Shown here in pieces: positions 57,471 through 64,000 of a DNA stretch of 64,000 nucleotides. Location: NCBI RefSeq assembly GCF_009914755.1, contig NC_060931.1; one strand, given 5' to 3'. The position numbers and the translations under genes were made by a program. Source of the DNA: the human T2T-CHM13v2.0 reference genome, Homo sapiens. The stretch's first letter is position 1; each line of letters begins with the position of its first letter. Under the pieces are notes generated by a model. That model saw only the letters and a list, made by a program, of their open reading frames with translations. It ran no database searches and was not told where the DNA came from.

Positions 57471-60400
57471 AGAGAGAGAAGAAGGGAGAGAGAAGTATAA
57501 GCATTTGGGTCTTTTGAATAACTATTATTAATGTTTCCTCAATCCCTTCTATTCCCCAATATTCCCTAGGGCCTCAGGCAACACTCTTCCTTATGAAACT
57601 GAAAAGTCTTAGGAGTAACTGAATGAGTGAGTGAATGAACGAAACATCTAAGTCTTGTCTCTGGATCCTTCACAGCCCTCACGTCACCACCACCTACTCT
57701 CTCCTGTAACTGCCCTCCCAGCGGGGCCTATCCTAGCATGTGTCTATGGATAGTCTCACCTGAAGGTGGCCAAATAAAATGACTCTCAAGAGGGCACTAC
57801 CTGCCCATGGCTTCACAGGTCCAGCCAGCCCAGCAAGCAGAAGTGCTGGTGTCTTTAACCCAGGTTTCTTAAAGACTGGCTTCAATAGAACCAACTGTAG
57901 TGACTTGGGGCAGAGGAAGGGGAGGATGAAGGTCTTCTAGTGCATCTCTGCCCTCTCCGTGTTGGCAAGGTTGGCATGAATGGGCCATTATTCAACTGGG
58001 GGTGGGATGTCTCCATTTCTGGACTGTGCTCAAATTCACACCTTGTATGACATGTGGGCAGAGGAGCTGGCCTGGAGAGGCCTCTAATTCTGCCTCTACG
58101 CTTTTGCTGGGTCTGAGGACATGGGAGGGAGGAGCCATAAAATGCTGGAGAACAATTTTAAAAAACACTTATGAAAAAATGCTGGACACTTGACTCACTG
58201 CCAGAACAAAGAAGAGCCAATTCAACATCCCAACTTTACGGGCACGTAAGATTCACAAGCTGAACCAAGAGATTTAGGAAGAAAAAAAAAAACATGGTAA
58301 TTATAAGGGGTCTGTGAATAAGTTAAACTAAAAGCTGCTTTCACAATCTACAAATTAGGCCTCCAAATCAAAATCATTTATATTAACCAAAAGGTTATCT
58401 AATTTTGCCCATATTGGTGTCAAATCTCATCCCCACTCCCTGCCAAAAAAGAGCAACCTAGTTCAGCTGTCGGATTTTTATATAACACTCTCTTTATGTG
58501 AGCTAGACTCCAGAGTCCTCACACTTCACAGAAATTCTTTCTTAAAACTGGCACTGCAGCCTTTCATTTACAATATCCCTTTTTAAGTGCAAAGTCGAGG
58601 GCTGTGAAAAGAACCACGGTGGGGGGTCTGGGTTACTCAGGTCTTATCCAGTGAAAAATTAGTTCTCTGAATCTTTGCAAAACATCTCCTTCACTGGTGC
58701 AATCTAAGAAAGGGAAATGGGAAACTTGTTTACATGATGAAAAATATAATTAAGAGATTGACTCTTTATGGCTTATGGCCGCTCTGACAGACTCGTATTT
58801 CTCAAAACTTACATTCAGAAGACACTGTCTGCCACTATTTGAAATCTTTAGAGCTAATCATAAGTTAATGACTAGTCTAAGAGGCCACTTGGTGGGGAAA
58901 ACAAATCCACTGATATTCTGGTCTTAATCCCTGAACAGAAAATGTGCACACATCCATTAACTATTTGGAACCAATCTGGTGCTATACAACTCTTCTGTGT
59001 CCTCTTGACCCCATTTTGTCCTCCTAAAGGGACAACTGTTAGTTCCTTTAACCCACTCAAGCAAGGAGTGGAGGGCAGAGGTTTATCTAAAAGAGCAGTG
59101 ATGTTGGTTCTTGGAGCCCCCTTAAAAGGGCCATCTGAGCTCTCTGCCTAACGTCCCATTGTCTACATAGATTCCGTTTTGGAAGGATGGTTTCCCAGAG
59201 AAAGAGTCCTGCTGTTTGGAGGTCGAGAGAGAGTGACGTCAAGCAAGCGTAGTAAGGGAGAAAATAAAATCCTCAAAGCACTAAGGACAGGGGCTAGAAG
59301 TTTCCTTTATCTTCTCCCTCCTCATTTAGAAGAGCACGTTTCCTACTCTACGTCTGGGAGCCTTGAAAACCCAGTCTGGTTCAGTTGCAGCAGGTACATG
59401 GGTTGGCTCATTCTCTCACTTCTGCCCCTAAATTTGAAACCTTTCCTTCCTCATTGCCCAAATGCTACTTGAGTAAATCTTATCTTTTTGCCTTCTTTGG
59501 GCCCTATAGGCTGCCTATGCCTGATAATGACCTGACAGTTTAAAAGAGAGGGATGGGTCAGTGGAGGCCCATGGTTACCAGACACCAGCCAGGCCCAACA
59601 GGATCTGGGCTGCAGACAGTGGAGCAGAGAGAAGCAGAAGCAGAACCTACTAGCAACCCTCCTCCTGCACAGCTCAGACAGTCTCCGCCCTGGCTAATGG
59701 GAGGGACAACAAGAACCCTCCAGACAACAGGGCTGCCAGGACTACGGGGGCCCGATCCAGCTTCCACTCACAGTGAGAAGATGAACTCGGCCGCTTTCCA
59801 GGCTGGAACCGTCTCCAGCATAGCAGAGAGAGGGGAATCACTCACAGGGAGCCCCAAATGGGCCTAGACAGACAAGGCAGGGACCGACTTATGAGGTATG
59901 ACGACAAATGTTAATAACATCAAATCCTGTACCTGATATGGAATGGAAGCCAGGGTGTGGGCTTAATCCCTCTAAGTACAGGCTCCAATAACAATGCAGA
60001 TGACGTGTGTGGGGGTGGGTGGTGGGGGGAGAGAGAGAAGGAGAGACAGAGAGAGAGAGGGAGAGAGAGAAGCCAAAACCAAAGGCATTTCAGCTGCTAA
60101 TAAAAATAAAATACAAACTCTATGCACATTTCCTACACAAAATCTTTCCCAAGCTCGGAAAAAACACTTGAGGGTTTTCTACATTACACAATAAAAAGGC
60201 AATTTCCACTTCTTATTTATATGAAAGAGGAAAGATTTTTTTAAACTACAAAAGTTACTTTTAACCATAAAAAAAAAACAAAAAAACTAAAAGTAGGTTG
60301 GGGATTAGGTTGTATCTCTTTGGGCGAGCTGCAAAGTAGCCAAACCTGACTACCAAAGGTAAGAATGTGGATACACAAATGTCACCTACCCCACCCTGCT

Positions 60401-61575
60401 TTGTTGAGGTAGGGGACGAGGAGGACAAAGTGGAAGTGTGGAGGGAGGAGGGGGCCAGGCAGGTGTGGAAAGCCAGCAAGGTTGTCTGAAATGTCTGTTG
60501 TCAGAACAGGGCTTCCCCTTCTCTGTCATGAAAACAGGATAGAAAAAGCTTGTGGCCAGGGAGCCCGGGGCCTGAGTGAGGCATTGTGTCATCTCTCGCT
60601 CTGAGCTCATCCTAGAGGCAGACACATACATGCTCAAAGGAACTTCTTTTTCAATGGTAATTATTCCAGTTAAAAGAAAAAACAAAGGAAAGGAAACAAA
60701 ACATTGTCTGGAAAGACACGGGATCCCAGAGCCTAGGGTGCCCTCCTAGCTCTGAAGGCTCGCAGAAAACTTGGCTAGCTTGAAAGGAGGCATCGATCTC
60801 TTCAGTGTGGTTGCTAGCAGGAAGCCTCGGCAAGCTAATAAATACTATTTACAAGTGGGGAGGAGAAGCTGGGGAGGCAGAACTATGGATGTGTGGGGAA
60901 CCAGGTTGTGGGAGGTCCTAAAAGCGACAAGATGGGGCAGGTTTGCCTGGAGTAGAAAAGCCTGATCCCCTCAGGCATTGCACTTGCGGCCTGAGAATAT
61001 GAACGAGAGCCCTCGCCTGCCAGTGCTGCTGCAGGAGACGAGACGATCCAGCGAGGGCTCCCAGGGGGCAGAGTGGGCGGAGGGCTGCTGTCGGGGGTGT
61101 TCACACCAGAGACCCCAGTGCGAGCAACGGAGGACACGGGTCAGTGCTTTGCCAAATACCAACAGGCATTATGGCATTTTTGTGGCCAGAGTCTGGGGTC
61201 TTGACTGAACAAGAGCCATCTCGTCTCCAAAGCGGGGGGTTACACCTCACAGGTGCACATTAGGCAATATCTTTTTGGCACTATTGGTGGAAACAAGCCT
61301 GCTTGTCCCACCTCCAACCCCTAAAATAATTTCCTATGGCAGTAAGAGAAAGGAAGGGAGGGATGCAGGCTCCCTTCTGCACAGGAGGGGCATGGACCAG
61401 GGGGAGATGCTCTCTCACTGCAGGGAAGTCCCAGGCTGGTCTCCAATCTGAAGCCACTAATGCTTGCCCATGTCTCCATGAAGATCCAGTGGCAAAGAGG
61501 AAAAGCTGATGACAAAGGTGGTTTGGGGATGTAAAAGTAGAGTTAAGGGAAAGGGAGGGGGTGCAGGCAGCCTCT

Positions 61576-61651
61576 TTAGAAAGTGGTGTTCACTCTTCTG
61601 TCGAGTTCTACAACTTTTAGTGTTTCATTCCCCTCCAGTTTGGCGCTGACC
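61576..61651 (-). CDS. CREB3L2: CREB3L2 last coding exon: (L)VSAKLEGNETLKVVELDRRVNTTF*
   Basis: Acceptor ttttccttttaatgccttcacag| at 61652-61653. The first G completes CT|G (Leu) from the previous exon. TAA at 61578-61576. Too short for the ORF track; translated by hand. Confidence 0.94.
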
Positions 61652-62378
61652 CTGTGAAGGCATTAAAAGGAAAACGAAGTATTAGTCACCAGCTGTTAGC
61701 TACAATTCTCATGCTTTGTAGCGTGATGCAATCATTCAGGGGTTGCAACTTGGTGAGACGGCCTGGGCATGTTTCTTGTCCTTTTCTCTCCTAGTAGCAA
61801 TTCTCTGTTTCCAAAGTCCCCTGCTACCAGCCTCTCCACTAGTCCACATTCCTACCTTTATCTACACCCAAGGCATCCCAACCCTACTAAGGATAATCAT
61901 GGTGGCTTGATATTGATCTGCTATGAGATGCATTAAATTATTCTATTTACTTAGGATGTTTAGCCCTATGCTAAACTCAGGGAAGGAGAAAATAAAATGA
62001 TAAGAGCTGATCCTTGGCCTAGAAGAGCTAATAATCCAGATAAAGATTTTTAACAATGAGCTAATTTGAAATAATAATAAATCCATAACAGAAAATAAAT
62101 ACATTATTAAATTGTGTAACAACCTGGAAAATTTCTAGGCATTCAGAGGAGGGCTAGGAGGCTTTGTTATCTAGGAGACATCACAGAACAAATGGGATTT
62201 GAAGTGGGCCTTGAACAGCTTAGCTGAGAGAAGAGAAACTGTGTCCAGAGCCAAGTAAGAAGGCACTGGGTCTTCTAGAGATCCCAGCGGTGGCTACATT
62301 GGCAAGTCTCTCTATGACGGGAATAATAATGATGCCTTACCACATGGGATACTTAAAAGGATTTGTATGATACTGTTT

Positions 62379-62591
62379 CAGTAGCCCTCATCCGAAAATC
62401 TAAAATCTAAAATGCTCCAAAATCTAGAAATTTCCGAGCATTGACATGACGCTCAAAGGAAATGCTCACTGAAGCATTTTGCATTTTTGGATTAGGGATG
62501 CTTAACTGTTAAGTATAATGCAAATATTCCAAAATCTGAAATCTATAACACTTCTGGTCCCAGGCATTTCAGATAAGGGATAGTCAACCTG
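62379..62591 (-). mobile_element. Tigger4a/MER46-like DNA transposon in the last CREB3L2 intron
   Basis: Reverse complement begins CAGGTTGACTATCCCTTATCTGAAATGCCTGGGACCAGAAGTG. Confidence 0.75.
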
Positions 62592-63511
62592 CCTCACATC
62601 TGTAAAGTGCTTAAAATAGTAAGTGCTAGTAAATGTTAAATATGTATGTATAATGTACACACATAAAAGTACTTCATTATAAACCTTCCCCTGCAGAATT
62701 AGGGGATGAAAGCTGAAGAATCTGAAACAAAATCTTTCCCATTTACATCGGAACGGCCTCATTTCTGGGAGGCATAGGAGCAGAGTTCAGCTAAATCACC
62801 AACCATGTCACACGTAACCAGGAGCATGCATGCAGGCCCAGGGACCTCCCCTATTACAACAACAATACCTTGCAGTCGCATAAGCCTTTATGTTTACAAA
62901 GGGATTTTTCCCAGAAACTGAGAAACAACTCATGTAGAATTGGAGCCAAATAGAGGTTGTTCTCAATATGGAAATGTGTGCACAGTGCCTCTTAAATGGT
63001 ACCCCTCAACATACATCTATAAGTATAAAACTATAATATGTATAGTTTTAATTAACACATGTGTATTTACATATAAATCATAAACATATATTGACATATA
63101 GCACAATATATATCTACTCCCTAGTTGAAGCCATGAAACATGTCTTAAAGTTGGATTTGCACAGCAAACACACTGTGGTTACCTGGGCTGTGCATTCACT
63201 CGTGTGGCTTGGAAGGGAGGATGGAGACAGTGGGGGAAGGGATTCAAGCACTTCTTTGTGCCACCACGCCAGCTCCCCGCTGATGCAGCAGACATAGGGG
63301 AGCTCACGCTGGTTTTTTTCCTCATCTCTGCTCAGGGCAACTGTTGGCCAGCAACAGACTCTCTGCAGTCCCAGGTCCTGGAAATAGGTCCTGAGAGAGC
63401 TGAGGGACTGAACCAGGCCTATGGAGAGTCTCAACCTCACATCTCAGGTTGCTGACTCATAACCCACCATCAGTGCACTAGAGGAGTTGGCTCTGTGTCT
63501 CTATGACTCAC

Positions 63512-63728
63512 AGGTGCTGCTGCAGCTCCAAAAGCACTGACTTCTCCAGGCTGGTCTCATTCGAGATAATGAAATGGGGAAGATCCACATCCGGCCTGGA
63601 CTCCAGCCCTGACACCCTGAGCAGGGAGGAACCTCTATCCCAGCCCCCCAGCTCCCCAGCCGAGCCCGGGCTGGATGACTCCTCTGGGGGAGAATGTTCC
63701 TCGTAGATCAGCAGGTTTCTGGATCTCA
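63512..63728 (-). CDS. CREB3L2: CREB3L2 penultimate exon (217 nt; luminal domain with S1P site RNLL and N-glycosylation sequon NETS)
   Basis: (V)RSRNLLIYEEHSPPEESSSPGSAGELGGWDRGSSLLRVSGLESRPDVDLPHFIISNETSLEKSVLLELQQHL is recognised as CREB3L2/BBF2H7. Acceptor tctgtcctcag| at 63729-63730; donor CT|GTGAGT at 63511. Confidence 0.95.
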
Positions 63729-64000
63729 CTGAGGACAGAGCAGAATAATAAGGTGTTAGCAAAAGACCACAGGGGTCCAACACATTCCCTCACTCCAGGT
63801 GCTCAGGGCTGGTGGCAGATGACAATGTGTGTGTTCTCGTTGCCCAGAACCATGGGTGCCAACAGAATTTGGCTTTCTATAAAGACTTTAGAGCTTCGGA
63901 GTTTGTGCATTGAAAAATTATACCAATTATACAGTGCTGGAAGAACAATAGAAAAGCAAATAAACACAAGGCAAACTACCACCCCCACTGCTTTGAAAAT

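Larger units (their letters stand above)
56080..61575 (-). other. CREB3L2: CREB3L2 3'UTR (about 5.5 kb)
   Basis: Repeat-poor stretch from the stop codon (61576) to the distal AATAAA pair. U-rich tracts on the minus strand. A weaker candidate AATAAA lies at 56827-56832. Confidence 0.78.

Noticed and set aside
60009-60030. G-quadruplex-like G-runs in the CREB3L2 3'UTR
   Set aside because: The G-rich strand is the template, so it is not an RNA G4, and one tract has only two Gs.
63026-63050. 10-bp AT-rich hairpin taaaactata-atatg-tatagtttta
   Set aside because: Short, inside low-complexity AT-rich DNA, and expected by chance.
63729-63783. N-terminal part (MLDPCGLLLTPYYSALSS) of ORF 63508-63783
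   Set aside because: Intronic sequence upstream of the acceptor at 63729-63730; not part of CREB3L2.

Overview
This is human (primate) genomic DNA containing two protein-coding genes in tandem on the minus strand. The right end holds the 3' part of CREB3L2 (BBF2H7): penultimate exon 63512-63728, last coding exon 61576-61651 and a 3'UTR of about 5.5 kb ending at AATAAA signals near 56100-56148. About 28 kb of repeat-rich intergenic DNA follows. Then come the CpG-island promoter and coding exon 1 (27552-27952) of DGKI (diacylglycerol kinase iota); DGKI intron 1 fills 1-27551. The rest is largely Alu, L1, L2, MIR, MaLR LTR (including a full two-LTR THE1), DNA-transposon relics and microsatellites. 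No new protein family, CRISPR array or prokaryotic-type system is supported. The best leads are regulatory. (i) Splice phases match for an in-frame CREB3L2-DGKI read-through fusion. (ii) An overlapping upstream ORF with a better -3 Kozak base runs through all of DGKI exon 1. (iii) A dense PUM/CPE/2x miR-124/miR-1/hnRNP L module sits in the CREB3L2 3'UTR. (iv) A sense THE1 in DGKI intron 1 carries a donor site and an AATAAA. (v) Perfect heat-shock elements lie either side of the DGKI start. (vi) There is a perfect 14-bp hairpin and a degenerate U6 retrocopy. Repeat subfamily calls and old-repeat boundaries were made by eye from recalled consensus sequences and are approximate.
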